The position numbers and the translations under genes are program-made. 64,000 nt of DNA from the human T2T-CHM13v2.0 reference genome, Homo sapiens: NCBI RefSeq assembly GCF_009914755.1, contig NC_060935.1; one strand, 5' to 3'. Each line of letters starts with the position of its first letter. The stretch's first letter is position 1. The notes under the pieces are model-generated. The model was not told the DNA's origin. It did not search any database and was given only the letters and a program-made list of their open reading frames with translations. Shown one piece after another: positions 12,351 through 27,854 of this stretch.

Positions 12351-15300
12351 GTATGTGGAACGGACTCAGGGACAGGAGCTATATATATGTCCATTTTCAG
12401 TTTTTGGTCAATGTTTTTTGAGATTAAAGGAAGTAGATTCAGTACCCAGAGAGGTAATGTGCTCACAGCAGAGCCAAGACAAACATAAGATGACTATATA
12501 CACATGAGCATGTGGCAGAGATGAATGAGCCAACATCCAACCACTCCCCAGAATCCAGTGGGAGAGCACAACCACTGGGTGTTGTTGCTCTTGAATAGCT
12601 CTACCTGAATGACTGTGCTAGACCCTGCCAGTGGCAGCAGAGCCAGCCACACCAGCACTGGGGCCCTGGCCATTTCCACCCTTAGTTGGGCCTCATAGAG
12701 AGCCCTAGGTGCTCAAAGACTCATTTATCTGCTTTCCATTTCAAAGAGATCTAATAGTTATACCAAATTCATTGAATCCTTACCACATCCCTGTAAGGCA
12801 GGTGTTACCACTCCCATTTTACAAGTGAGGATACTAAGGATCAGAGAGGTGAAGGGATTCGCACCCTAGTCTGTCTCCTCTCAAAGTCTGTTCTTGCAGC
12901 CAGTTTTCTCTGTGAGTCTCAGGTGTAAGCAGACTACCAGATCAATGATCTCGGACTCCTAGTCATGGGGTCTGGAATGGCTACTGCTAACAAAAAATGA
13001 GCTTGGAGCCCACCCCTTGCAGCAAGGTACAGCCTTGCCCCAACCTTGGCCATGCTCAAGCATCTATAAGACTGGATCTTACTATTTGCTCTACACTTTA
13101 CTTATTCTGCCAGGGCAGAGAACCTGTCTTGAATCCCTGAGCCATTGACCTTCTCCTGTCAAACTCCTCCTCCTAGTTGTGGTCCTATTCCAAATTAGAT
13201 GAACCCCTGCAAACTCAGCCTTGCTGCCTGCCTGGATCTGAGAGCCATCACTGTCTGGAAACTGCTGCTGCTAAGTTCCACTCCCTGACATCTCATTTCC
13301 CATTAGGTCAGGGAGTATCTAAGGCTTCAAATCAGAAACTATAGCTGTGCTCAGATTGGGATAGATCTGGCCATTAGCTAGGGGAAGTAGTAGATAAAGA
13401 CAAGAAGGAATCCCAAGGAAAGTATTTAGGGACAAAGGCAAGAAGAGGAATCCACAGTCAGGCCAAAGAAGTATCAATCCAAAGAGCCTGGCAGAGAGGA
13501 CGGACAAGCTGACAGGGAGTAGGACCGTAACTAACGCCAACATTAAGGAACAAGTGCATGCAAAAGGGAGGATGGAGGTGCAAAAAGCAATGACTTCCCA
13601 AGCAAGCACTTGAATATGGAGACAGGGCCTCCTTGTAGGCCTCTGAGTGTGAAGAGAATGGTAAGGTCGCCATGCTGGCTTAAACACTTGGACCTAACCT
13701 TGTGGCTGTGACTAAGCCCTCAGGCATTATCATGGAACATTGGTTGCTTTCACCACAATCCAGCCTAGTCCCAGCCTCCTCCCTCTTGCCACCCTCCTTC
13801 ATTTATTCACTTACTCAACTAACAAACATTTGAGCCTCCACTAGAATATAAGTTCCATGCAGGCAGAAACATTGTCTTTTTCATCATTTTAAGGCTTAAA
13901 ATCCAAAGCAGTTTCTGACACATAGTAGGCACTGGATATATTTGTAGAATGAATAAATAATTGATGAGTGTTTGGGAAATGTGCTGAGTCCTAGATTATC
14001 TTCTAGTGTGCCAATAGCCTTAAATAGAATATCAAGTACATGTTGCCGGCTGACATTCACCAACAGTAAAATTCAAGATTTTAGTAGTCTAGCAGCTGCC
14101 AGCTTGCACAGTCTTCAGTCAGATACTTTCTACATTAAGATCATTTACAAATTTCTAAGGCAAGAAATAGCATGTGGACTTGAAAGAAGGTAAAGATATA
14201 GTTTACCCATTATGCTTTATATTAGTACTTTAATCCACTTTTAAAACATCTAAAATGTACTAATTTATTTCCCTTTTTGTTTCTTTAAGTTTCCTATTTT
14301 TAAAACACTTGTGGTCAATTCTATCAATACTACTAAGTATCCGTTACTGGGTTGAAAGGAATTTTCCATAGAAAAATGCCTGGAAATTGCCAAAATTATA
14401 CAGTCAAAAATTATAGAGTTGGACCACAAGACCTTTTATACTTGAGTGGAATACCAAAAAGAAAATATTGATGCAAAGCTTTAAGATTTTACTCCGGGTT
14501 ACTTCTTAAGGCACTAGCTCAAATAACACTCAAAAGTTTTCAAGATGCATGTAAACTCTACGTAAGCTCCAATCATCTATGTGCTGACTACAGGATGCTG
14601 TGGTTAGTCAGGTTGAACTTCCATCAGCCACCTTCATGTTCAGAGTAAACAAGTAACAATTCTGGGACTTGCAAAGAAACCATGGGAAACCCTGAATGGG
14701 ACTTTAACTTTGAATTAAAGGAAACCACAGGCCACCACACTGCCACCCATGAACATGTTTACATTTTGTCTGAGTGCGGGTGAGTGCAAATGGAGTCTCA
14801 GTGACTTACAGAGCACTGTTTTAACTATGATGTGGTTAAAACAGTCTAATAATATAACTCCTCCAGCAGGCTGCTGAGTAGTATATGCTGGGGCCTCAGC
14901 AATACAGACAGAGGTGGGGAAGAAGATTGGAGAGGTTAGGATCAGAGCATCCAGCTGACATTAAACTACAGGGTCTGAAGGTCCACGGCAAACTTGGGTT
15001 TGTGCAGGATGGGTATTACTGACTGTTGGGTGTGTGTGAGGAGGGAAGGAACATTTATACAAGCAGGAGGCATCATTCAAAATGACATACCATCCACAGA
15101 AGATTTACCTAAGATCAGCTTTATGATCATCTTCCTTGAGGATTAGAATGTGAAAGAAAGGATCAGCCTGGGTATGGTTTATAGAATTTCACTGAAGATT
15201 TCCCACTAAAAGTCACACTGAGTGTCTTGGGGTAGAATGGTTTGTATTGAGTAACAGAAAATATTGCAATGGTCAGTGAGAACTGGCAATTATACATTTC

Positions 15301-15848
15301 TCAATTCCTATTTCTAAATTCTGCCATTCTAAAATAAAATAGTTGAGGCCATAGCAAAGATTTCTCCTTTTCCCTGTCCTCCAGGAAAACTAAATGAGTA
15401 AGGGAGCCAATAGAAAGTAAGCTCCTTGCTTGCTTGAGAAGCAGGTCCTGCTTAGCAGGGCAGGGGAAAAGAAAGTGCGGGCACTAGGAGAAGTCAAAGC
15501 CATGACCACAGAGGAGAGCTGCTATGGCCTGTGTAACATTTATCCTGCGAAGACGACTCCTCCAGAATCTATCCCACCCTTTCTGCTCTCCCTAGAGCGC
15601 TGGCAGAGAGACTAGCACAGCTGAGATAGGGTTTGGGACAAGCCACTTCAGGAGCTCCACTAGCTGCTACGTCCATCCCTAGGAAAAGGATGTCTGGATC
15701 ATTAGTGCATTGCCCTGGGTTAAGAGGCTGGAGAATGAATGCTGCATAAATCAGTGTCACTTCCTTCTTTGTTCACTACGCCTAATACATAGCTTACTTA
15801 TGTTTTGAAGTGCCTGATGCTGAGTGTGCAGCTCTAAAGGACCATGAG

Positions 15849-16160
<312 letters not shown>

Positions 16161-16779
16161 CTAGAAGCTATTTTGCAACATGGAGCAACGGTTTGTGTTT
16201 CCAAGCAACTGGACTATCTATAGGAAGACCCCACAGGGGATGGGTAGGTGAGGAAAGACTGGAAAGAGCTGGGTCCCTGATCTCTAGCAAGATTTGGGGA
16301 AGAGGGTTGGAGCATAGCTCAGCCTAATCCACAACTAAAGTGTTAGGCAAGGAAACTGAGGCAGAAACACAACTGTATGGATTTGGGCAGCACAAAAATA
16401 TCAAGAAAAAGGTGCATGAGATATCCTAGAAAGCATGAAGGCCCAGAGCCAGAGCAATGTTTTAACTGGAATCCAGGCTGTCATTTCCCGTTAGTGTAAT
16501 CTTTCACAAATCTCTTAACTTCTCTAAGACTGTTTCCTTATGTATAAAATGGCACTAATCATGATTTCATAGGGATCTTGTGAGAATTAAGCAACGGAAA
16601 TATTATTTTGTTAGATTGTAAGCTCCTTGGAAAGCAAAGAATGGGTCTTAGCAGCATAGCAACTGCCACGGAGAGAAAGAGTGTTTAATAAATGTGTACT
16701 AATAAGTGAAAAACTCTTAAGAAACTAATTCCAGATCCCATTCTCAGGTGAGGCTGAGGCTGCTAGTCTATTCACATTC

Positions 16780-16928
16780 TCTTTCTTATTACTCAAAGTG
16801 GAGTTCATGAACATTGATATTCCCTGGGAACGTCTTAGAAATGCAGGCTGTCTGGCCCCACCCCAGACCTATAATTTTGGCCAGATCCCCAGGTGATTCT
16901 TTTGACATTAAACATTGAAAAGCACTGC
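16780..16928. mobile_element. MER5-family hAT MITE
   Basis: ctcaaagtg...ctgggaacgtcttagaaatgcagg...ccccaggtgattc...tgaaaagcactg. Confidence 0.7.
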
Positions 16929-19759
16929 TTATGTCAGGATGCACAGGAGGACTGAGGAGGCCTGTCTCCTGCTGGAAGACATCTAGTGGCTGCAGCTGGG
17001 AGTGGCTGGGGAAGGCAGAGCTGTCAAGTAGTGTCCAAACTGATTCCCTAAATTAGGACCACTGTCTGTGAGGGTTTGGGCAGATGGCCAGGCTGCTCTG
17101 CATCAGAGGAGCCAGGCCCTCAATCCATCTGTGCAGAGACAGTCTGCAGATTCCATGTGTATGTGAGCAAAGGTTGAATTTCAGACCAGGAGCCTGGTCT
17201 TGAGGCAATGTCCAGAGGTCAAGGAGGCAAGAAATCAAGTCCAGGGGAGTCAGGTGAGAGAGAAGCTAAAACAGGCTGTGCTGGTCTAGGGAGCCAGCGT
17301 CTGGAGGACAAGGGGCTGGGGAGAAACAGAAAGCAAACAATTCTGCTGATACTTGCTGAGCCTCTAACGGTATGTCAGAGAGAGAGCTCTCACTTTAGGA
17401 GAAGTTGCTACCCATGCTCGTTTAACTCCCTTCAGCCTGGAGGTGGATGTGCTATAAAGCTCTAGTTCACAGTCGGCAGGGACTCAGCATCACAACATAT
17501 TCACTCCTCGTGAAGGCAGGTATGAATCCTGCCGAAAGGTCTTCTCTCCTGCTGACATGAAGAGATGAACAGTGAAAGTGGGAAAGTGAAATTTCAGGGA
17601 CCATTTCTGAAAGTTCTGTGAAAAACAGGCTAGCAAGTCCCAGGACCTTTGCTCACACCATAACCCTGAGTGTTTTCAGTCAGGAATGGGCTCCTCCTTA
17701 GGAGATAATAAGCCGAAGGACCCAGTAACCCAGAAAGCATAGTCTCAGGGAGATCAGCATGGAATACTATTATCCAAGGATGTCAGAGTCAGAGGGGACC
17801 TGGTGGCTTTCAATCATTTTTTTAATCCATGGAGCCCTGTCTTCCAATGTGATCTTACTCAGATCCCCAACATTTGAAATGGATATTAGCAATGCTGTTG
17901 TTACTGAGGCAGAAGTTGGATCCCAGAGCCATTCCCTTCCCACCTCTATTCCCCAAGGCCCTCTGAGGCCCCTAGGTGGACCCCACTGGATTCCATGGAG
18001 CAGTTGGGAAGCACTGCTCTGCACCGGTCCTAGCTTTAAAGAAATGAGGAAAAGGGATCCCATGATGACAAGGTCCTCCAGCATCTGGCACCAGCTCACC
18101 TCACTACCCCTATGGCTCCCTGTACTTTATCTATTGTGGTCTCTCTTCAGTCTTCACAATATGCCATTCATTCTTTTCTGGGCCTTTCCAGGGGCTGTTC
18201 TCTCTGCTGGAAGCACTCTCTGCTCCCCTCCATGCTTCTTTGTCTCCCCACCCCTAATTCCTGCCTGCCAACTCCTCCATATTCTATGGATCCTAGCAAA
18301 GGCCTGTTTTGTCCACTGTGGCCAGCACAGTGCCTTATAAATAGTAAGTTCTGGGTATCTGTCTCTTTTTTGAATGAGTGAATGAGCACACTTACAGGAA
18401 GCTTGTTCCATGTCTCCTAGCTAGCTCCAAGGTTCAGAAATGTTGACAGCCCCTCCACCCAGATATGGGGTAGTCATAAGAAAATCCTTGTCAAGTCTGT
18501 GTTGATTCCCACTCAGAGAGTTTTGACTGGAGTACAACAGTGTTAGGTTGAAGATCTAGGTAGTGATAAGAATGTGTTTAGCAAATGCAAAGTGAAACAC
18601 ACTCACAAAAAGTTGCTAGGCAACCTCAATGTGGCCATTGAGAGTTACTGGCAAATATCTGTTTCTTAGGATGACAGTTTTCAGACTTTATCTTAACCCT
18701 CTGCCATCCTGAGGGTTTGGAAATAAATAGGTCTTCAACCTCACTACTAGCTAACTGTAGTGACTACGTTTGGCATTCCTACTAGATTGTCTTCTAAAAG
18801 TTCCACAAGGAATTATTTATAACTTCCCTGATGGCAAAATACAGCCATAAAACATGCTGTTTGGTATTTCTCAGGCATCTCTGTGGTGGATGAATGAGTC
18901 ACTCCCAGAAGACTTATCTGGCAGAAAAATGAACTAAATAAATATGAATTAATGTTATACTAAATTTTTTCTGCATATGCAAGCAGCTGCAAACACTAAG
19001 GTCAACATATTCCAAAATATGTTTGAATTATTAGTATGTAGGCAGTAAATGGTTAAGAAAAATGATCTCTTTAGATAGTATTACTCAAACATTACTTTTA
19101 CAAGCTTTGTAGAATGATTCAACCGGTTAACTCAAGTCTCTGCTTAAGTGACTCATCATAGTAAACAGGTTTTTAATTAAAAAGGAAAATTATATTTGCA
19201 TCCCTCTAAGATAAGGCAGAAACTACAGACCATTTAACTATTTACATTCTCTGTCTATCTCTACCTATCTTTGGCACCAGTTACAAAGGAAAACTACCTG
19301 GAAGGATAATTTCTCCCACAATAATCCCTTTCAACTAAACAAGACTTAGCAATTTATAAACTATAATCACATGCATGATTTCATTTGATCCTCTCAACAG
19401 CCCTCTAAGACAGGTTTGACAAGAATCAGAGTCAATGCCATTTAATAAATGAGGATGCTAAGGCCACGGAGACTACATGATTTGTCCATGGTTGTCCTGC
19501 TAGTAGGGGTACAGCCAAGGCCTTGAACCCAAGGTTTATGATCCCAGGTCTATGTTAATGTCATCATCAAGTAAATAGTGGTTAAGTCTGCCTGCTGTCT
19601 CAGATCATATTGCAGTAGGACCCTGGTCTTCTGTGCAGTAGCTCTCAAACTATACTTCTTGAAACCCTGAAGATCCACAGTGGTGCTTGGGAAGCCACCT
19701 TAGGGAAGGTAAGAAGACAGGATACTGGGCCACCATACCCAAAAAAGAGCTCTGTTTTT

Positions 19760-20508
19760 TTTTTTTTGTTTGTTTGTTTGTTTTATAGTTTCAACTTTTA
19801 TTATAGATTAAGGGGTAAATGTGCAGGTTTGTTATGGGGGTATATTATGTGATGCTGAAGTTTGAGGTACAAATGATTGGGTCACCAGTTAGTAAGCATA
19901 GTACCAAATAGGTGGTTTTTAAGCCCATGCCCTGCTCCCTCCCTCATCTGGTAGTCCTGAGTGTCTATTGTTCCCATCTTTATGTTTATGTGTATTCAAT
20001 ATTTAGCTCCCACTTATAAGTGATAGCATGCAGTTCTTAGGATAATGGTCTCCAGGTCCATCCATGTTGCTGCAAAGGACATGATTTTGTTCTTTTTTAT
20101 GGCTGTGTAGTATTCCATGGTGTATATGTACCACATTTGCTTTATCCAATCCACTGTCGATGGGCACGTAGGTTGATTCCATGTCTTTGCTATTGTGAGT
20201 ACTGTTGAAATGAGCATACAAGTTCACATGTCTTTTTGATAGAATGAATCACTTTTCTTTGGGTATACACCCAGTAGTGGGATTGCTGGGTCAAATGGTA
20301 GTTCTGTTTTAAGTTCTTTGAGAAACCTCTCAACTGCTTTCCACAGTGGCTGAACTGGTTTGCATTCCCACTAACAGTGTATAAGTGTTTCCTTTTCTCC
20401 ACAGCCTCCCCAGCATCTGTTATTTTTTAATAATTGCCATTCTGACTGGTGTACTATGGTATCTCATTGTAGTTTTGATTTGCATTTCTCTGATGATTAA
20501 TGATGCTG
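19760..20508 (-). mobile_element. 5'-truncated older L1PA 3' end
   Basis: Minus ORF2 C-terminal remnant (TWNQP..WIK.MWYIYTMEYY), T-rich tail, 13-bp TSD gagctctgttttt at 19747-19759 and 20509-20521. Confidence 0.9.
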
Positions 20509-20807
20509 GAGCTCTGTTTTTATATGTCTTGTATACCGACATTTTAGTATATAAGGGTTGATGTTTCAAGTAAAATTTCTTTGGAAGAAGGTAGGTATTC
20601 CACTTCTTTAAAAAACTTTGAAACAGCAGTACACTAATCCAAACTTCTCATTTTACAGATTGGAAACAATTTCTAAATGTCAACTAATTGGTCCATATTC
20701 ACATCCAACTAAGACCAGAAACCAAACAGTTCTCTTTATACACAGTTAACTACCCTGTGGTTGGGATAAAGTTACGTCTCACAGTACAGTGTTTTGTCTA
20801 ATATCAA

Positions 20808-20986
20808 TCATTCTCAAACTTCAGTGTGTATCAAGATTTCTTGGAGGGCTTGGCACAGATTTTTGAGTACCACTCCGGAGTTTCTGAGTCAATAGGGCTG
20901 TGGTGGGCCCCTATTCATTTCATTCCTAACTAATTTTAAGTGATGTTGATGTTGCAGGACTGGAGACCATGCTTTGAAAACCAATG
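20808..20986. mobile_element. MER5A
   Basis: ttctcaaacttcagtgtgtatca...gagaccatgctttgaaaacca. Confidence 0.7.
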
Positions 20987-21179
20987 GTCTACTGGATACC
21001 AAACAACTGAGTTGACTAGCCAATTGTGCACTTCATCAATTTTCATTCTGAGAAAAAAATGGTGAAGGACTCCTTCAGAGTTTATAAACCCATTGCTTTA
21101 ACCATGCCACTACACATTCATTGACACCTTGCATTGAAAATCTGTCACATCAAAGATCCTAAACCTTCCATGCAGCATG

Positions 21180-21650
21180 TGGTGTTTATGCTCCAGACAT
21201 ATCCCCTTGTCCAACCTCTGAGTTTACCTGCAGCTCTATCTCAATGGCTGATGTCTCTTTGTGTCTTTGTCTAGGACTTTCTTCAGCTCACAAGAGTTTG
21301 CTCAGCCCACAAAGGGGTGGGAGAAAGGGACAGATGCCCCTAATTCTCAGGGACATATTTCAAACAATGAAGATAGGAATATGTGGATAAATACTCTAGC
21401 TTCTCTATCCTGTGGTGGGACAATTTTGGAGCTTCTTCCTTCAGCGTCCTTACAGCATTCCTAGTGAGATGGACCCCAGTTTCCTGCAGCAGAAACTTAC
21501 TCATTAACACATTTTTAAATTAACATTTCTCCCTTCCCTCTCCACTTCCCCCACTTCCTGATTTATGCTTCCTAGGATCACTTCCTTAAAAAACTACCTA
21601 CATCCCAAGTTCTTGCATTAGGGTCAGCTTTGGGGCAACAAAAACTAGGC
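21180..21650 (+). mobile_element. LTR16-like ERVL solo LTR
   Basis: gtggataaatactctagcttc...aacttactcattaacac...ggatcacttccttaaaaaactacct...gggtcagctttgggg. Confidence 0.65.
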
Positions 21651-22859
21651 CACTATATCTCAAAATTCTTCGCCAGATTCATGGAAGCAGCACCTGCTCT
21701 TGATCAACTTTCAGTTCTACGCCCTGGGGTTTTATTCATGGGTCTTTGGGCTGGCTAACCCAAGTTGAGTGTATTCAGTGGGTGTTAATAAATAAATAAT
21801 AAAGATTGTTGCTGCCTTAACAATAGCAGAAATACAGACTATTGAGTCATGTGTGGATACTCATAATTCATCAATTGTGTGCTTAAGTAGTCACTCTTCA
21901 GAAAAAGGCTCAAGTTCACCAGTATCAGATCTATGAAGGATACTAGCTTTAAAAGAAACTGGCATTATGCAGATTTTTCAGGGCACCACTGTGAAAAGCA
22001 CCTGCCAACTTTGAAATGTAGAAAGTTTGCTTTTGTACTATCAAAGCAAGATTAACCTTCAGCAAATATTTACATTTGAGGAGTGGAGTTTCAGCAGTGA
22101 TGGTCAAACTGCAGAGCAAATCTCAAAGAGAAAAACCCATCTGAAAAACAATTAAACTGTCCTCAAGTTGAAGCCAAATAATGGAAATAGATCCTTTTGG
22201 TTAAAAAAAAATTAAATGATCAAACTTGCTCCTAAATAGCAGAACTAATTCACATAGTTCATTATACATGATGATGGCTTAATATTTTTCTATTTTAAAA
22301 AACAGATTTCTAAAAACACAAGAAAAATTCTGGAGGTGATGGATACGTTTAGTACTTTGGTTGTGGTGATAGTATTGTAGGGTATGCATATATCCAAACT
22401 CATAAAGATATATACATTAAATGTGTACAATTGTTTGCATATCAAGACACTAACTGCAAAAGCCATAAAGGAAAATGATGGACAGATTTGACCACAACAA
22501 AAAACTCAGGAGTGATAAGAAATAAGCTAAACATAAGGAACAAACTTGGAAGCTACACATAATAAGCTGCACATACTTAAAATGTACAACTTAATAAATT
22601 TTGACATAGGTATACATCCATGAAACCATCATGCTGGCTTATTTTTAAAAAGTAAATTTTACCTAGTTTTAAGTCTGTATCACTTTTAAATGACAATTTC
22701 TGGAATAATTCATTAATTATTATCTTTATATAGTGACTCATCAAGGGCTGAAAGTTCTTTACATTATTCTGTATTTGAAATGCTACAGGAGTATGCTGAA
22801 ATTGCATATGTGCAAAAAACTGGTTGGCACAACTCTGCAGAACTTAGGAGGCATATCTG

Positions 22860-23075
22860 GCAAACAATAATAAAAGCTACCACTTATTGGGCATCTATCA
22901 TTGCCAGGCTCCATTATGTCAGTCTTTGGGTACATCATTTGTTACCCTCATAACAACCATATGAGGTGGGTATTACTAATTCTATTTTATAAATGAACAA
23001 GACTTTGAGACATTAAATAATTTAGACATGTTTACATAGCAAGAACATTGCAGAGCTAGGAACTAAGTTTGTTCC
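22860..23075. mobile_element. MIR
   Basis: aataataaaagctaccacttattgggc...cctcataacaaccatatgaggtgggtattact. Confidence 0.7.
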
Positions 23076-23412
23076 ATGGTAATATTTCCCAAACTATTAA
23101 TTCATTTTTGTATTCATTCAACAAATATGCACCAGGCCCTACGTTAGATGTTAGACATATAGCAGTGAAAGTTGTTGACAAAGTTCCCAAAAACAGTAAC
23201 TTTACAGCCAGTGATGAAGAGAGTCACTGAAATATAACTACACAAATAATTGAATTCAAGTGTCATGAATGCTATGAGAAGAAGTACAAGGAGGTATAAG
23301 AACATGCATTGGAAATCTGACTTAGTTTCACGATAGGCAGTTAGTGGAGGTATTTATGAGGAAATAATGTTCAAGCTGAGACCAGACAAATGAGTTGGTC
23401 TATAGGTTTTTA

Positions 23413-23915
<503 letters not shown>

Positions 23916-23978
23916 TCATATAACATATTGGGCATCTATCATTGCCAGACTCCATTATGTAGGTATTTGGGTACATCA

Positions 23979-24146
23979 TTATATCATATATATCATATAT
24001 ATACACAATATATATCATATATATCATATATATACACGATATATATATGAGATATATGATATATCTCATATATATATCATACATACCTATATATCATATA
24101 TATGTATATCACATATATATGATTATATATATGATATGTATATATG
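23979..24146. repeat. Degenerate (TA)n/(TATCA)n low-complexity tract
   Basis: atatcatatatatcatatatatac...gatatatatg. Confidence 0.9.
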
Positions 24147-24410
24147 TTTTTAAGTAGAGGAAAGTGACATGATCAGATTTGCAAGACTAATAACGGGAAA
24201 GCCATTTGGACACTGGGGAGAAGTGAAGGGGGAAAATTGCTAACTACAAGTTCAGCCCTCAGGCAGGTTTGGAACCAGAATCCACAAATCTGTGTAGCAT
24301 AAGAAAACCTCACACATAAATATCCTTCAAAGTGGTTCTGGGTTGGTAATGCTCTGAGGCAATTAGTTAGTAAAAGCAAACTTTCAGGAAAAGGACCTTT
24401 GAGTCGAAGA

Positions 24411-24723
<313 letters not shown>

Positions 24724-25168
24724 AAAGTTTTAAAGAGTTCTCACATATAAGGTTTCAATGAACATGAACTTGCAATTAAAACACAAGGAAACAAGCTACC
24801 ATGCACAAGAGTTCACAGAAAAAATAAAATATAGAATCAGAACTACAAATACTGCAGATATTATCACATTCAGAATATAAAATAAGACAGATTGAAAAAG
24901 AACAAAATGGGACTACTATTAATAAAAAGTATATATGTAGCTAGATAAATAATATTAATCCATTATTTCTTAAAATATGTTGCACATATTTTCTTCCAAG
25001 TTTGTTGCTTCTATTTACCTTGTTTCTTATTACTTCTAAGTTTTTCATTCTTTTGAAGTCAAATCTGTCCATCCTTTTTCTTTATGGTTTTGCAGCTTGT
25101 TTCTTGCTTAGGAAGGCTGTTTCTATTCCAAGGTTATTTTTAAAGCCCTTATCTTAAAATGTTTATTA

Positions 25169-25832
25169 CAGACAGTCCTCACCTCATGATGTTCAAATTA
25201 ATAATATCTATCTTATAATTTTATGACTTTATGATGGTGTGAAAGCAATACACCTTCGGTAGAAACTGTACTTCAGTACAGTATTTAATAGATTACATGA
25301 GATACTCAATACTTTATTATAAAATGGGCTTTATATTCTGTGATTTTGCCCAACTGCAAGCTAATGTAAGTGTTCTGAGGACATTTAAGGCAGGATAGAT
25401 TAAGCTATGATGTTCAGAAAAGCATATTAAATGCTTTTCTTTTTCTTTTTTTTTTTTCTTTTTTGAGACAGGGTCTTTCTCTGTCACCCAGGTTGGAATG
25501 TAGTGGCACAATCAGCTCACCATAACCTCAAACTCCTGGGCTCAAGTGATCCTCTCACCTCAGCACCCCAAGTAGCTAGGACTACAGGTACACACCACCA
25601 TGCCTGGCTACTTTTTAAAATTTTTGTAGAGACTGGATGTCAGTATGCTGACCAGGCTGGTCTTCAACTCCTGGCTGCAAGCAATCCTCCCACTTCGGCC
25701 TTACAAAGTGCTGGGATTACAGGACTGAGCCACCATACCCAGCCCTTAAATGCATTTTTGGCTTATAACATTTTCAACTTATGATGGGTTTATTAAGACA
25801 TAACACCATCATAAGTTGAGGAATATCTGTAC
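25169..25832. mobile_element. Tigger3/MER7-type DNA transposon split by an AluJ
   Basis: cagacagtcctcacct...ttttgcccaactgcaagctaatgtaagtgttctgag...cataagttgaggaatatctgta. Confidence 0.75.
25436..25744 (-). mobile_element. AluJ
   Basis: Reverse Alu; TSD-like ttaaatgc.tttt on both sides. Confidence 0.9.
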
Positions 25833-27854
25833 TTTAATTATTTAAATATGGGTTTTATATTAAGATAAGGGTCTAATTTTTATTTTTAATAGATTCCATT
25901 TGGAAATTCCAGCACTGCTTATTAAATATACCATTCCTTCTCACTAATTTGAAATATCACTTTTAACAAAAACTAAATTAATTTCTCGTTATGGTAGATG
26001 AGAATTAAGTTATCCAACAACTTCTAACTTCACTTACTCCATCCTCTAGCCTCCCAATTTTTGGTTAAATAATTAGTCACTATTTATATAACAAAAATGC
26101 ATACAAATATTATGCAGTGTTGAGCCAGGTAGTATACTATGATTATTTTTCCTTTCTTGAACAACTTTTTATTTTTCCAAGTGTTAATACTTGCCTTGTT
26201 ATTTTCAGTTGCACAGTTTTCTGTGAATCTATACAAATGCTTATTTGGGCCTGTCAAGGTCCTATTATTATTGTCCAAATACTCAGATATATCCAATAAT
26301 CTTTCTACTCCATTGTTTTCCTGGCAATATCCCTCTCAGAACCCTCCAACTCTCCTGCTCCAGTTGGGGTGATTACTGTCTAGATCTACTGCACAACTAT
26401 CATAATGGGATTTCCTTCACTGCTTTCTTGTATTGGAGGCTTCAAATGTCAGTATGTAGACGTGTTTTCTCTTGAGAAAAAGCCTCCAATCTCCTGCCTG
26501 CAGGGGAGGGCAGCATATGTCTAGTTGCTATTTGGTAGTAGGGTCTTTCTGGGACAAGGTTTGAGAAAGAAGGCTGAGGATCTCACTGTTCATTACTCGA
26601 ATTTTCCCATAATCAGCATGTTTCAGCCTCTTGCTATAAATTCAATTCCACCTCACCCCTACATGTGTGGCATCCCTGAGTCTGTCTGGGCTCTCTCTGG
26701 TTCATTGTCTCCAGAGAACTTGTCTTCTGTCACCTGCGGAGGGTAGCTGCATAGCATCAAGAGATGGGGAAGAGGTCCTTTGGTGCTAATAGCTCCAAAC
26801 AAACATATAACTAATCCCTGCACCTCACTTATCTTCCATGGTATTGGTACCACTTTAAGTCCTGTGTTCTCTATGCGTTCTCACATAGTAACCTCTTCTG
26901 CTCAAAATCATTGTTTCTCTCCTCTACTAATTTTCTACCTTCCAAATTTTTTTTTCTGAAATTTCCCATTTGCTGATGTCTCCTTTCCAATTCTCTGTCT
27001 TTTTGGATTTACACCACACCCCACACCTACCCAACCCCACCATACACGTATACATTTAGTGAGGTTTCAGTAGGAAGAGGAGATAAACTTTGCCATGTTT
27101 AACTGGAAATCTCTAATCTTATAGTCTCATACATGTATATACGTATGGCACTATGAGGTATGTAAAATTATCATGATAATAATAATAATATATTAAGAAT
27201 AATGGTAATCAACCCTAAATGCCCCCTTCTACCATTTCTCCCAAAGCCCCAGGGCCCTCTGACAAACAGGCCTCTAACATCCCAGAGTTTCTCAGGGTAG
27301 ATATGCATGATGGCTCTTGACACATATGATATAACAAAGAGATATGTTGAGAAGTAAAAAATAATTACTTAGTAATTGAAAGAAAACATATTTCTAGCTA
27401 ATAAATATGAAATATATTACATATTATATTTTATTACAAACTTTGTTATACTTAGTATACTTTATGCCTCCAAAGTCATAATGTGACCTTAGATCTGTTT
27501 GGAAATGTGTATACACACACACACACAGATACATAGATAGATGATTAATAGATAGACAAGGTAATTTAGAATTTAGATACATAGACATATATTCCTTCTG
27601 GCATTTTTAACCCTCAGAAATGACTATTTCTCCACCCCATTCCATGGCTTCACTGTTACAAAAGTTGTTTACTATGTTTTGGTTTCAACCCTTTGCTCCT
27701 TTCTGTAATTAACCCAAAAAGTAGTGAGGAGAGAAAATTCCAAATGTTCTCCTCAAGCAATCAATATGCATCCTTTTTCTAACATTCCATTTACAGAATC
27801 AGGCTCCAAATTCAGTCATCATTATATCCCACACTTATTTGTAATGCTCCTCTT

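Noticed and set aside
12360-15800. Apparently unique sequence searched for exons or RNA genes
   Set aside because: No convincing exon, ORF or RNA gene seen by eye; may hold old repeats or enhancers that need database searches
17759-18411. 193-aa ATG ORF and overlapping frames
   Set aside because: Overlaps MIR/L2-like decayed sequence; no recognisable domain or exon structure
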